From Octopus bimaculoides (taxonomy: Eukaryota), in the NCBI RefSeq assembly GCF_001194135.2, contig NC_068997.1:1430066-1494065 (forward strand): a stretch of DNA of 64,000 bases, written 5' to 3'. Position numbers and translations under genes: made by a program. Positions 13,036-25,059 of this stretch are shown piece by piece. How positions within the stretch are numbered: position 1 is the first letter of the stretch; the number at the start of each line of letters is the position of its first letter. Under the pieces are notes generated by a model that saw only the letters and a program-made list of their open reading frames with translations, was not told the DNA's origin and ran no database searches.

Positions 13036-13569
13036 GGGACTTAGATTCTCTCAAATGCCCATCATTGGCATGATGATACACATCGACAAAGCCTATTGAA
13101 TTCATCCACTCATGTCCTGTCTCTGCTGTCAAACTGACAAAGCATGATTCCCAGTCTCAGCTTATCTGCCTGTGAATAGATATGATGAGCCAGTATAATT
13201 CTCTGGTGGGAGTTACTATGATAACTACTAACTTGATTAATATTCTATTTGTAATCTGAGTGACCTGAGAGGTGCAATGAGAAAGTATTTCATTGTATCC
13301 TCGCTGAAGTCACTATATAGAAGACATAGTATTTAGTGATTTCACAATGATCCTGTTGGCTACAGGACAAAATTATCTTGATTGTACGTATTCTTTTTAT
13401 TAACTAATAATTAATATGTAGTTGGAGTGAAATAGATCGATGACTTGATAGCAGTATATATGGTATTATTTTATAGACCCTGGATGGATAAATAACTAAA
13501 CTAATGCTTGCATTATTTGTGTTCTGTATGTAGAAGGACATGACTAAATACTATTAGACCTTTACATCA

Positions 13570-13805
13570 ATCCCCCTCCCTTCCTCCTCATAGGGTGCTG
13601 ACAAGAGCTCCCATCTGCTAGTGCGTCTTCCTTTCAACTCTCAGTTCGTTGCTTCATATGCAGTCTCTGAGACCTCCTCCTTACCAGGACCAGTCTCATG
13701 CTTCTTTGTTGATGTTTCAATAGTAATGTAGAATATTGATAGTGCAGGGCTGTTAACTCCTTTCTCAACCAGGCTTGGGACCAGCTATGGCAGAGTTCCT
13801 CATCT
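13570..13805 (-). mobile_element. Short RTE-derived element with a 5' twister-ribozyme remnant
   Basis: Minus strand: GAACTCTGCCATAGCTGGTCCCAAGCCTGG..AAAGGAG, then a short body ending CTAGCAGATGGGAGCTCTTGTCAGCACCCTATG (RTE-3'-end-like). Confidence 0.55.
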
Positions 13806-13894
13806 AATCTATTATCTAGAAAATATTACTGTTAGAATGTTAATAATTATATATACACACATATACATACATCTTTTATGTAACATAATTTCAG

Positions 13895-14054
13895 ACTTGA
13901 ACAACTTGCGCGATGTTTTGAAATGCCCAATTCTCAGACTCGATGGGATAGTCCTTTATTTGTGATTCAAAAAGGAGATGAATTACCAAAGCAGAAAATT
14001 ACAGATGCTCTATTTTCTCGAAAGGCTCCACCTCCAAATATGTCAACGCAATCA
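13895..14054 (+). CDS. KTI12: KTI12 exon
   Basis: tttcag|(I)LEQLARCFEMPNSQTRWDSPLFVIQKGDELPKQKITDALFSRKAPPPNMSTQS|gtaagt; contains the RWDxPLF and APPPxxSTQS motifs. Confidence 0.97.
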
Positions 14055-14594
14055 GTAAGTCTTTATTCACTGAAGAATTTGTTCAATCCTCTTCGTTGTT
14101 CCAAACCTATTGCATTGATTTGTTTTGTTCTGCATTTTCTGGTCTGTAGTTGTATTTTGTCTTTATTAACTCTTTGGCTACCAAATGACCTCTTGCTTGA
14201 ATGACGTACACTTGTAATGTAAATTTATAGTCCAAACACCAGCTTAATAATTACAGTTATTTTACTAACCTCTTCAAAGGTAATATTTTTCAACAGAAAT
14301 GTGGTAGCAAAAGAGTTAAATCTTTTTTTTCTTTTAATTTTTTTTATTAAAGATCTTATTGAAATATGTTAATTTTTAATCTAATAATGTGGTGGTACTG
14401 TCTAGACCTAATAAGAAGAATTTTTGATGTTGAAATCAAATTTCTCATTTACTGAAAATACTTTATACTAATTATATCAGTTATAAAATATTAGCTTTTC
14501 TATCTTTGCTTCCCATTTCTATACAGTGAAAAATACTTTTTTCCCTTCAGTTTGTTTATTAATATTTTCATTGTCACTTTTCATTTCTTTTCAG

Positions 14595-14657
14595 CAACCT
14601 TTGTCATCAACAAACTTTCTCTATGATCTTGATTGTGTGACAAATAATACAATAAAA
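14595..14657 (+). CDS. KTI12: KTI12 exon
   Basis: ttttcag|QPLSSTNFLYDLDCVTNNTIK|gtaagt; matches QPLxSxxFLxxLD. Confidence 0.95.
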
Positions 14658-14779
14658 GTAAGTAGAAATTTTGCTTCAAATATCTTTTTAATGTTCATAA
14701 TTTGTGGTATACATAATTTTATTTGTGATATATGGTAAATGTAATTTTATTTATAGCATGTCATCATATGTCATTTTAT

Positions 14780-15266
14780 TTGTGGTGCTGGTGGCACGTA
14801 AAAAGCACCAACCGAACATGGCCGATGCCAGTACCCACTGACTGGCTCCCATACTGGTGTCACGTAAAAAGCACTATCCGAATGTGATCGATGCCAGGAC
14901 TGCCTGACTGGCCCCCGTGCCGGTGGGACGTAAAAAGCACCATCTGAACGTGGCCAATGCCAGTACCCTCTGACTAGCTCCTGTGCCAGTGGCACACGAA
15001 AAGCACTGTCCGAACATAGCCGATGCCAATACCCCCTGACTGGCTTCTGTGCCAGTGGCACGTAAAAAGCAGTATCCATGTGCCGGTGGCACGTAAAAAG
15101 CACCTACTATACTCTCGGAGTGGTTGGCATTAGGAAGGGCATCCAGCTGTAGAAACATTGCCAGATCAGATTGGAGCCTGGTACAGCTGTTGGCTCTCCA
15201 GACCTCAGTCAAACCGTCCAACTCATGCCAGCATGGAAAATGGACGTTAAATGATGATGATGATGT
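14780..15266 (+). mobile_element. Family D element with an internal ~66-bp tandem array
   Basis: Four full and two partial units anchored on GGCACGTAAAAAGCAC, then TTGGCATTAGGAAGGGCATCCAGC.. and a (GAT)n tail. Confidence 0.85.
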
Positions 15267-15315
15267 ATGTCATTGCATTCAATCTAAGCAGTTCTCTTTT
15301 TATTCTTTCCATCAG

Positions 15316-15384
15316 ACAATTATGCAATCTCAGAGTTCGAGTGTCCCAGGAGATCAACTTACTATTCCAGGAGTGGAAGAGAAA
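15316..15384 (+). CDS. KTI12: KTI12 exon
   Basis: ccatcag|TIMQSQSSSVPGDQLTIPGVEEK|gtatcc; matches VPGDxLxxPG. Confidence 0.95.
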
Positions 15385-16252
15385 GTATCCTTTTTTTTTG
15401 TTTTAATCATCTTTTGTTGGTTTCAGTTAGTGAACTGTGGCCAAGCTGGAGCATGACCTCAAGGGTTTTGAAGTTGGTGTGCCTACATGGCCACATAGTA
15501 ATATTGATCCCAGTACTTAGATACTCATTTATCAAATAGCTGTGTTTACTTATTGAGCTATTTCTCTTTTAAAGAGTTACCTTCTTTTAAGGATTAAATA
15601 CCACAAGGAGTTTATACAAATATATTCACAACACTATATACATTACTAGTATACATACACTGTTGGGAGGGAGTAAATACCAGGAGTTTATGCTAGTATA
15701 GACACGCTTGCACATACAAATGTATATGATCATTGTTTTTTGTCTGCTTTTTCCATGGTGGCATGTGTTAGATGAGACTTATCAAGGTAATATACACCAA
15801 GCTGTAAGATGGGATGTATGTTTATGTGTTTTCAACTTGTGTTGAAGATTATTCTGAAAATCATGTTATTGGACTAAAATCTTCCTTTTGTTGAACCTCA
15901 TAGTGCAACTGTAACTAAGCACCTTATGCAGAAGTATTTTATAATTGATGACTATGTTGCTGACTTGCAGAGCTTCAATTTTTTCCTTGTGATTGGACAA
16001 AGTAATAGAAAACCACTCTAGTATATTCAAAAGAGTCTTAAATTACACTGAGATGAATTCTTTAGTTGGTCCCTTTTTAAAATTTTTATCTGGAACATAT
16101 TAATCAAAATTTATTTACTCTCTGGTCTCTCTCTCTCTCTCTCTATAATTTGATTGCTTTCTTGCAATTATCATATTCTTTTGATCTGTATATTATTGCT
16201 ATTTACTGAAGATTAAATATTATACTGATTATTGAATTCCTTAACAATCCAG
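15385..16252 (+). other. U12-type (minor spliceosome) GT-AG intron
   Basis: 5' site GTATCCTTT at 15385; branch TTCCTTAAC at 16237-16245; no polypyrimidine tract; AG at 16251-16252 keeps the frame. Confidence 0.9.
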
Positions 16253-16396
16253 ATAGTATTTAATCGTCACCTACCATTATCAGAACTACAGCGGTACAGA
16301 CGACAGTTTATTACTTACACAAAAATGCATCCTGTCGAAGATACGAAGAGACTTTCTACTATGTTTGTATCATATCTTAATAGTTATATTAGTTAA
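16253..16396 (+). CDS. KTI12: KTI12 terminal coding exon
   Basis: IVFNRHLPLSELQRYRRQFITYTKMHPVEDTKRLSTMFVSYLNSYIS-TAA; matches ELxRxRRQFIxYTKMHP..MFxxYL. Absent from the ORF track (short, no upstream ATG). Confidence 0.96.
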   Translation: MVFNRHLPLSELQRYRRQFITYTKMHPVEDTKRLSTMFVSYLNSYIS

Positions 16397-16435
16397 CAAT
16401 AATATATTTATATTTTTCAAATTTATTATTTTTTG

Positions 16436-16441
16436 AATAAA
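16436..16441 (+). terminator. Candidate polyadenylation signal of KTI12
   Basis: AATAAA 40 nt after the stop codon; usage not demonstrated. Confidence 0.5.
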
Positions 16442-17445
16442 GATATGGAAAATAATTTTGATTTTGAGTCTAACTTATCTTTGAGTGTTTGCTTCAAGAC
16501 ATGTATTGTCATTGCTTTTACATCTACTTTTACCTCACTGGTTTGTTTTGGATGAGATTTCTTACAGCAATATTTTACGGCTAGTACCACCAACAATTAC
16601 TTGTTTACACGTAAGTTACTATGTTCGATTAGCCTCTATGTTAAACTGACTGCTGAGTTGTGGCCTCTGTTGTTTATGTAGGACCTAAACAAACATCAAA
16701 CAGTGTCAACACAAAAATGTGAGCACAAACACATACCTACATTTTCCTGAAGTGCTACAAGCTTCAAATCTCTTGAATATATACATAAATAGATAAATAC
16801 ATATATATATAAATAAATATATGTATATATATTTATTTGTGTATATGTATATATATATATTTATGTATATATATATTTATTTATATATGTATATTTATAT
16901 ATATATATATTTATTNNNNNNNNNNNNNNNNNNNNNNNNNNNNNNNNNNNNNNNNNNNNNNNNNNNNNNNNNNNNNNNNNNNNNNNNNNNNNNNNNNNNN
17001 NNNNNNNNNNNNNNNATATATATATATACATAGGTAAGTAGAGTTAGCGGTTGGAATAACTGTCTAACGGATAAGAATATTCTACCCGTATAAATTACCT
17101 ATGTTAACCCTGGGCATGAATATGCAAGCATACTATGCTCATAGAATACAGGCAATAATAAAACAGTTTATCACACACACGCACGCACACGCACATACAG
17201 GCACACACACTGTATAAAACTAACTTACCCTAAATTTATAAACAGAATGCAGAATCAAGTGCCCACCAAAAAGCCAATCATACATAACAGTGAAAGATCA
17301 CAATGTAATTCTGGTCTCGAAAGGAAGACTAATAAAATAATGTAAAAGAGAAATAGGCAGAAACAACAGAAGCATCCTAGTAATTAGCAATGCCAAAATC
17401 TCCTAATATGAAAATGAACGTAGTGTTCATATATATATCTATCTA

Positions 17446-17508
<63 letters not shown>

Positions 17509-17553
17509 ATATATATATATATATATATATATNNNNNNNNNNNNNNNNNNNNN

Positions 17554-17609
<56 letters not shown>

Positions 17610-18399
17610 TGTGTGTGTGTCCAGAATCACGCCGGACGCGGAGGAAGAGAGAAAATAGTAATTCAGTGAAGGAACAGTAGTGAGAGTAATAGCGCTGACT
17701 GAGAGAGAGATAGAGAGAGAGAGATAGAGAGAGAGAAAGAGAGAGATAGAGAGAGAAAGATAGAGAGAGAGAAAGAGAGAGAGAGAAAGTGAGAGAAAGT
17801 AATAGCAAAGAGAGAAAGGAAGGGGGTGATATATGAATAAGGAAGGAAGGGGTGAAAAAATCAGCGTTTCAACTTTGTGTGAATATATGTGTGTGCGTCT
17901 ACAAGGGAAGTGTGTGAATGCTTGTGTGTGTGATTATTATGTACCTTATTTGGTACCTCATTTATATATAAAATACTACAATTAGCCGTCATTATTGACA
18001 GCACGTGGTCAGCCAGTAACTTAAGAAATCGCATTTACACTATTCATAGACAGTAAGTGTTGTATGATGACAACCGTCGGCATCACTGATATATTCCTCT
18101 ATCTGAAACTCATTCCATAAATTTCACCAAAAGCCTCATTTGAACCAAAGAAAGACAAAATAACAGAATTAAACATGTCAGGAAATCGCGTCTTTCTACG
18201 ACTGCACAACTGAGGTAAAAATAGAAGATGATGAATCCTTCTACGTCACCACTGCATGCAGTGGAGTATGCGCATTGGTAGTTAAACCTCCTGGAATGAA
18301 GAAATAAAATTTCTATCAAATGCGGTATACGTCTATTCAGTGAGTTTAGCCTACTTATCACAAAAAATATTTGGCGGGAAGTAGGTTAAGAATAGGAAA

Positions 18400-18900
18400 A
18401 CCACATAAATGCCCTCTAGAATCTAAAATACCCTGACAAGCAAACCTAATCATATCAAATTATTGTGATATAACATTAAGAATAATCATTTTAGGTGTTT
18501 AGATTACAAAGAGAAAAAAAAACATACACACAAACGAAATAAACACCGCCGATAACAACAACATTAGCTGAAGATTCTCCTCAGTTTTGTCCGATAAAGT
18601 AATATTCAACGATGCACCATCCTTCTATAAAGAAACCTTAGACGCTAGCATATTTCAAGAAAAAATCTATAGTTAATATCAAAATCCATGCGAGCGACCA
18701 TAAAAAAATAAGGATTATCATCTGGTACAACCCACTGTTCAGCTCTAAGACAAGTTTATTTCCAAGAAATGGTTTAAATATCACAAAACATATATAAAAA
18801 ACAAAAAATACAAAAGAGGAAACGAGCTACTGGCTCCTGCTCACAAAAATAGGAACCCGTGACCGAAAGATTTATCAAGAAAGCATTCCAATTAAGATAA
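18400..18900 (+). mobile_element. Penelope-like element fragment (RT C-terminus/linker), degraded
   Basis: IS*RFSSVLSDKVIFNDAPSFYKETLDAS and IIWYNPLFS, resembling the PLE IIWFNPPYS region. Confidence 0.6.
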
Positions 18901-19769
18901 TCGTTATTTTTTTATGGAATAGAATCCACTAAGGCCTGCCCCTTTATAGAAAGAAGGGTGTGATTTGAGGAACACGAGGCTGCTATGTCTTGCAGTTTCC
19001 TCAATGACTTGTTACTTAAAAGTGCATGTAATTTGATGCTGTATGCAGCTAATTAGTGGGTGATATATTAATGCTTTGATAATTTTAATTCATGGTAATT
19101 ATAAGCAAAATTAAAGAAACAGTCATCAGGAAAATGACTAGATGTAACACCGAAATTAAAATTTAGTGGAGAGTGATATAATGTAATGGTGTAATGTGCT
19201 GACGATTGATAAAATAGTTTCTGTATTATGCTGGTCTCATTAGCGAGATCTATTTCTATTAGTACTTACGGATGTTAAGATGATAGAGACACTCCTACTT
19301 TGCATCATATCATTCCATTTTAATCAATCATAATGTTGGGCTTGTTTCTCCTGTCTATGTCCATAATTTAGTAATTATCCTACACTCTCCTGATTATGAG
19401 CGTAATTGTAATTAAAATTCCTTTGTTCAATACTTGAAATATGTGAGCTCCGACTGTTTCTTTTTTTCTGCATAGATGTTAGGTGTTCTTCATATTTCCG
19501 ATCCCACACCACCCAGTTATCATTCTAGTCATTAAGAGTTAAACAACAGCTGAACATGTGTGAACTACGATCTGAAATATCGACGGTTACATTAGCCGTA
19601 TTTTACCGATGTACATACTTCTGTGGTTTATGATATGTATTTATCTTAACTTATGACAAAGTTAACACTCATAGAAATGAAAATTTGTATTGAATTGAAT
19701 TTAGTAGATGTCTAAGCTGCAACTTAATGTTTACAGCGATGGGAATTGACTAAACTGCATTGCATCTAG

Positions 19770-21054
19770 TATTAGGCTGTTTCGAATATAATGTCCGATT
19801 TCAGAAACAATTTTGTTCTGGAAAAATTAACAATAGAAATGTTTTGATTAGTAAAAACATGAGCTGTGGACATCTATGCATCGCAGCCATCAATCAACGA
19901 GATTATTTATGCCTTGTTCATAAAAACCTATTGGCTTTGATGTTAAATCTTTGAAAGCTGATTTCACCTCTGGTTTGGACCTGGAAGTTTTATCACTTAA
20001 AACGTGTTTAAATGCTTAAAAATCGTAGTCAGCGGGTGAAAGATGAGGAGAATATGGAGGATGTGGTAAAGTCTCATATGCCAAGGCTGTGATTTTCTGC
20101 AGCATCATTCTTGCAATATCTGGTTTGCACTATTGTGGAGCAGAATTGGGTCACGCCGATCCGCCAATGCGGGTCTCAATTTTTGCAAGTGAGCATGCAT
20201 TCCAGAGAGTTGATTGCAGCTAACCTCTGATGTAATGCTCTGATTGGCTTCCAGAAGGTTGTAATGGACACCACCAATTGCAGACCACCAGACAGTCACC
20301 ATAATCTTTTGCTGATGCAACTTTGGATCTGGGAAATGTTTGGGAAACTCATCACGATGAAGCCAGTGACCTGATCGTTCATGATCATCATAAAGGATCC
20401 ACTTTTCGTGGCAAGTGACTATTCGGTCAAGAGAAGAATCATCGGTGTTTTGCAGAAAGAGCATCGAGCACACCTCAAAACGCCTAACTTTTTGACTTTC
20501 ATTGAGCTCATGCGGGACCCATTTATCAAGCTTTTTCACCTTACCAATCTTCTGCAGATTGCATGAGACCATTACAATACCGACACCAAGTGCCTGAGAC
20601 ATTTCTCTGACACTTTGACGTGGATTTTGTTCACGTCAACAGTTGCTTTCAATTGTTCATTGTCAAGACTGCATGACTGTCCTCTACCTTCTTCATCTTT
20701 AAGGCTCTCATCACTACTACTGAATTTCTGAAACTACCTTCGTACTGTGCAATCACTTGTGGACCCCTAAACCCCATGCTCTGTTGATATTGGCAGCAGT
20801 TTGGGCGGCATTGTGCCCAAGCTTGAACTCTTGCAAGAAAAGTAAGCGAAGGTCCTTTTTTGTCATGTTCATAATTAAGGGCGCCTATGCTTCAAGAATG
20901 TCTTCTGTCTGAAATAAGTAGAAAATTATTAAAGAGCATACGTCAATTATTAAGTATGTCGAAATTCCCCTAAAATATAATTGAAATACTTTGATAAAAT
21001 TGTGTTTCAAAACACAACACGTAGAGCGGCCATTATTTTCAAAACAATCTAATA
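19770..21054 (-). mobile_element. Full-length (~1.28 kb) mariner transposon, inactivated
   Basis: Matching ~27-bp TIRs (TATTAGGCTGTTTCGAATATAATGTCC and revcomp TATTAGATTGTTTTGAAAATAATGGCC); transposase with WVPHEL, IVTCHEKW, LLHNSA and HPPYSPHLSPADY; frameshifts. Confidence 0.93.
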
Positions 21055-22455
21055 GATTCTGAAGCATTTAAAGCTAGTGGTTATAGACTTGGGAATAAAT
21101 AGGCCACTAAAGTGATATCTTTACATAACTTACGTGTTTGAGCAGGAGATGAACATGAAATCTTGGAAATAGAATCCTATTTTCTTTCGACTGGATTCAT
21201 TCCACCTCAAAAATAAATTGAAGAAATAAATGATACTTCCATCTCCAATTTCAATTTTCTTTTTTGAATGATTCAGTGAAGTTGTTTAAAGAATACATAA
21301 TTTTAGAAATTAATTTTAAAATTTCAGTTTCATTTCTCATATTACATTAATAAAATTTCATGTTACCACTTGTATGTGTAATTTTCTCTGATGACTTTAT
21401 ATATTTTTATTACTCTCCATGAATATTTTTATAAGTGAGGACTAAGTACGGTCCATTCCAGTGAATGAATTCAATATGTTCGCATTAAAAAATAAATTCC
21501 GTTAATGAATTTATCTTCCATGTATTTCTGTGGAGCGACTTGTTGATGATGGTTATAACACAAGTGAAATGTGAATGTGCACCAGTCAAAATTTGTCATG
21601 TAAAAAGTCTCGATTGCTGAAGAAACAGGTAATAAAACTAATCAAATTAAAATTATGCATAGAAATGATATCATTTTATTTCTTGTGTTCCAAGTAATAG
21701 AACACAAAATAGCAGGTAGAATTCTTCCCCCTCTCATCACACAAACGCACACATATCTTTTCCTCTCCTTCCCCCCCCTCTCTCTCTCTCTCAGACACAT
21801 ACACACGCTCTCTCGTTCACACATGCTTTCTTGTAGTCACCCATGGTTTTAATTTCTCCCATACAGTCCTCCAATCGCTTTCTTTGTTACACTCCCGCAC
21901 TTTCTTATGCTCTCTTTCTTTCGCTTTCTTTCACTTTCATTTTCACTCTGAAAATTTGACGATTGCTAAGCAACGCAGAGAAGGACATTAAAACAACTAT
22001 GATTCTTCATTGATTTTTCTCTAACATCAAATACAATAATGAAGATAGTGATGAGAGTCGGTGAGTATTTGGCGAGACAGCTTGACGTAACACTGCCACA
22101 TAAAGCTATGACAATAGTTCGCTCGGTGTGGAATACTAAAGGTAGACAATATGTAGGTATGTGATACTAAAGCTAGGCAACAGTTCGCTGGGTGTATAGT
22201 TCATTTGATAGACTATATCTCACGCTAAGTTTTGAATAATCTTTTCTAGCACTATAATTGATTGCTTCATCTTGGAATAAAACTATTATACTTTTTGTTT
22301 TTATCCTACGCCATATCATCCGGTGAGTCATTTATCAAATTCTTTAACTCATTCCTTTCACATTTAGATTTTCACTTACTTCATAACAACCTATTCCCCT
22401 CATGTCTCCTACACCTGTCTTCGGCTTTCGTTTTTCTGTAAATTTCAACTGTATC

Positions 22456-22497
<42 letters not shown>

Positions 22498-22533
22498 ACC
22501 CTCTCTCCCTCTCTGTCTGTCTGNNNNNNNNNN

Positions 22534-22601
<68 letters not shown>

Positions 22602-22604
<3 letters not shown>

Positions 22605-23529
22605 CATCATCCCTTAAATAATGGTTTTGTTTTATAGTTTCGTTTTTCAAAATTCAGATAAACAAAGTCCTTTTTTAATCTAAAATATACTTCCCTCATT
22701 TTCTACAATGCTCTTCCATGTATCTGGTAGATTTGCAAGACGTCTCTTCCAAAATTCATTTGTCCGAGACGAAAAATATTTCTTCAGTACTGTTCTTACC
22801 TCGTCTATAGAATTCATGCTTTTTCCGTCCAAATGATTTTGAAGACTGCGGAATAAATGATAATCAGATGGGCAATGTCCGGCAGATATGGTAGGTGGGG
22901 CATCGTTTCCCATTCAAACTGATCCATCCTTTGGAATGTCATTCTCGCTGTATGTGGCCGAGCATTATCCTGATGGAAGAACGCCTTTCGTCTTGAAACT
23001 AACGATGGTCATTCTTCTTCTTCAGCTGGTGTCGATGAATGGTTGAATGATCAAATCCAAGCTTCTCTGCTAGTTTCTGAACAGTTACGATGAGATTTTA
23101 TTCCACCAGAGTTTGCAGGACGTCCTTGTCGAGCTCTACAGATCTTCCAGGACGGGGCTCATCTTCTAGGCTGTAGTTTCCAGCTCGAAATTTCTAGAAC
23201 CACCGTTGTCATTGGCTTACGCTTATTGTCCGATCCCCATATACTACATTAATATTCCTCGCACTTTCCGTTGCGTTGTTACCTTTATTAAACTCATAAA
23301 GCAGCAAAATATGCCGAATATGCTCTTTTGTCTCTTCCATTATAGTTTTGAAAAAAATTACTGTTAAAGTCGAACTGCACTCTTCAAAACTTGCACTAAG
23401 AATAAGTAGAAGGTAAAATTACTATCTATTTTTATAGTAAGTTGATGCAGGTAGTTTATTCCGTCCTCCGCCGACTTTTAGTTTATGCAATTGAGAAAAA
23501 AGACGCATTAGTTATGCGATGGCCCAATG
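22602..23529 (-). mobile_element. Internally deleted mariner
   Basis: TIR-like ends (ATTGGGCCATCGCATAACTAATGCG and degraded TCATCCCTTAAATAATG); C-terminus PSDYHLFRSLQNHLDGK..WKSIVENEG. Confidence 0.85.
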
Positions 23530-23732
23530 CATTGTTTTTCCCCTTGACTCACACACACACACACACACGAAGGTATCTAATCAATGAACTCGAAGTAGTT
23601 TTGAACATTTCATAGTCATGTTAATTTGATCAGTTGAGTAAGCGATTCATTTAACACTGGAACTTTGTATGGGGAATATTTAATATAATTCCTTCAACTA
23701 CAATATGAGATTCTTTGCTTGTTTTACAAATT

Positions 23733-23811
<79 letters not shown>

Positions 23812-24253
23812 ACTACGTATAGTCTATTATGCAAGAATTAGTTGCCTCAATGTAGTGGAAGTTTAGTGTAAGATGTGTTTGAGTAAACAGCAATGCACAA
23901 AAACAACAAAACAAAAATAAAGCTTTAAAGAAGCTCAAATTGTTGTTTTCTTAATTTTGGCAACCTAGGCTAAATTGAATTTAAGTTTTTAGTTTAGAAT
24001 CTCAGAAACTTATCTTTCTGGTGTATCTCCGTTTAATACCATTCTTGAATCGTAAATTTAAAATTTCGCACAAATATTTACGCATTCATTCAACGCTAAA
24101 TTTGTTATGTCGTATATAGTGAATATGAAATTGATTGAAGAGATTTCAACACTCTAATGTTTGCACATAAATAAATATACTTCCGAAATATTTTGAAGAA
24201 ACACATATATATTCGTACAAGTATATGCATTTATATTTGTATACATTTATATT

Positions 24254-24307
<54 letters not shown>

Positions 24308-24809
24308 TATATATATATATATCTGTAAAACATCAACACAAACGAACGATAATTTCTCCTTTAGTTATCATCCCTAGACATCAATAGAAATAAAACACAA
24401 CTCTTGCATGAATGCAATCAATAGAGACAGAAAATAAATTCTCCAGCGTAATAAATATATTTAGTGCTTAGATCTATAAAAACAACAAAAATCAAACAAC
24501 GACAATAGTTTACATAATCGGAACTAGCTCCTCCCCCCACACAAAGCGACATCCACCACCCTAACAAGCAGTTAATGTCATATTGCAGTAATTTTGTGTT
24601 GTTAAACCCAGGTTTATTTTCATTATTATCACATTGTCACGGTTTGTGGTGGTGGGTTTTCATGGTGAACAGAGTCGGACAAAATGTCATGCAGTATTTC
24701 TTCTCACTCTATATGTTCTGGGTTCAAATCTTCTGGAGGCCAGTTATACATGTCCTACCTTTCGGCTCGATAAAGTACAACATCCGTCCCTCTTAAATAT
24801 CAGACTTTG

Positions 24810-25042
24810 TGCAAGGGGGAGCTGAAAAGTTCGTAGCTTCAAGGGAATCGCGAAAGGCCTGGCTGGAGGCCTGGCTGGAGGCCCAACCTTCCGAGATCTC
24901 TTATAGGGCTTAGAAAAACGTAAGGACCGTAACAATAAGTGTGTGAATCAGAGAGGGGAGTATGTTGAATTGAAGCATAATTAACTGATCCTTCTCTATT
25001 TTCTTCTATCCAAAGTCAGGAGCTTTGCAGCACCCCTTCGCA
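24810..25042 (+). mobile_element. Mariner-derived MITE (~230 bp)
   Basis: TIRs GGGGGAGCTGAAAAGTTC and GAGCTTTGCAGCACCCC; includes the last codons of a transposase; internal 12-bp duplication GGCCTGGCTGGA. Confidence 0.8.
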
Positions 25043-25059
25043 CCTTATCTAGAAACAAT

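Noticed and set aside
14780-15105. Repeat array as a CRISPR-like locus
   Set aside because: The intervening sequences are homologous to each other rather than unique spacers, the context is a eukaryotic retroelement, and no cas genes are present.
18064-18106. ATGATGA...CTGA as a C/D-box snoRNA
   Set aside because: Only about 43 nt, weak terminal stem, and outside any expressed host intron.
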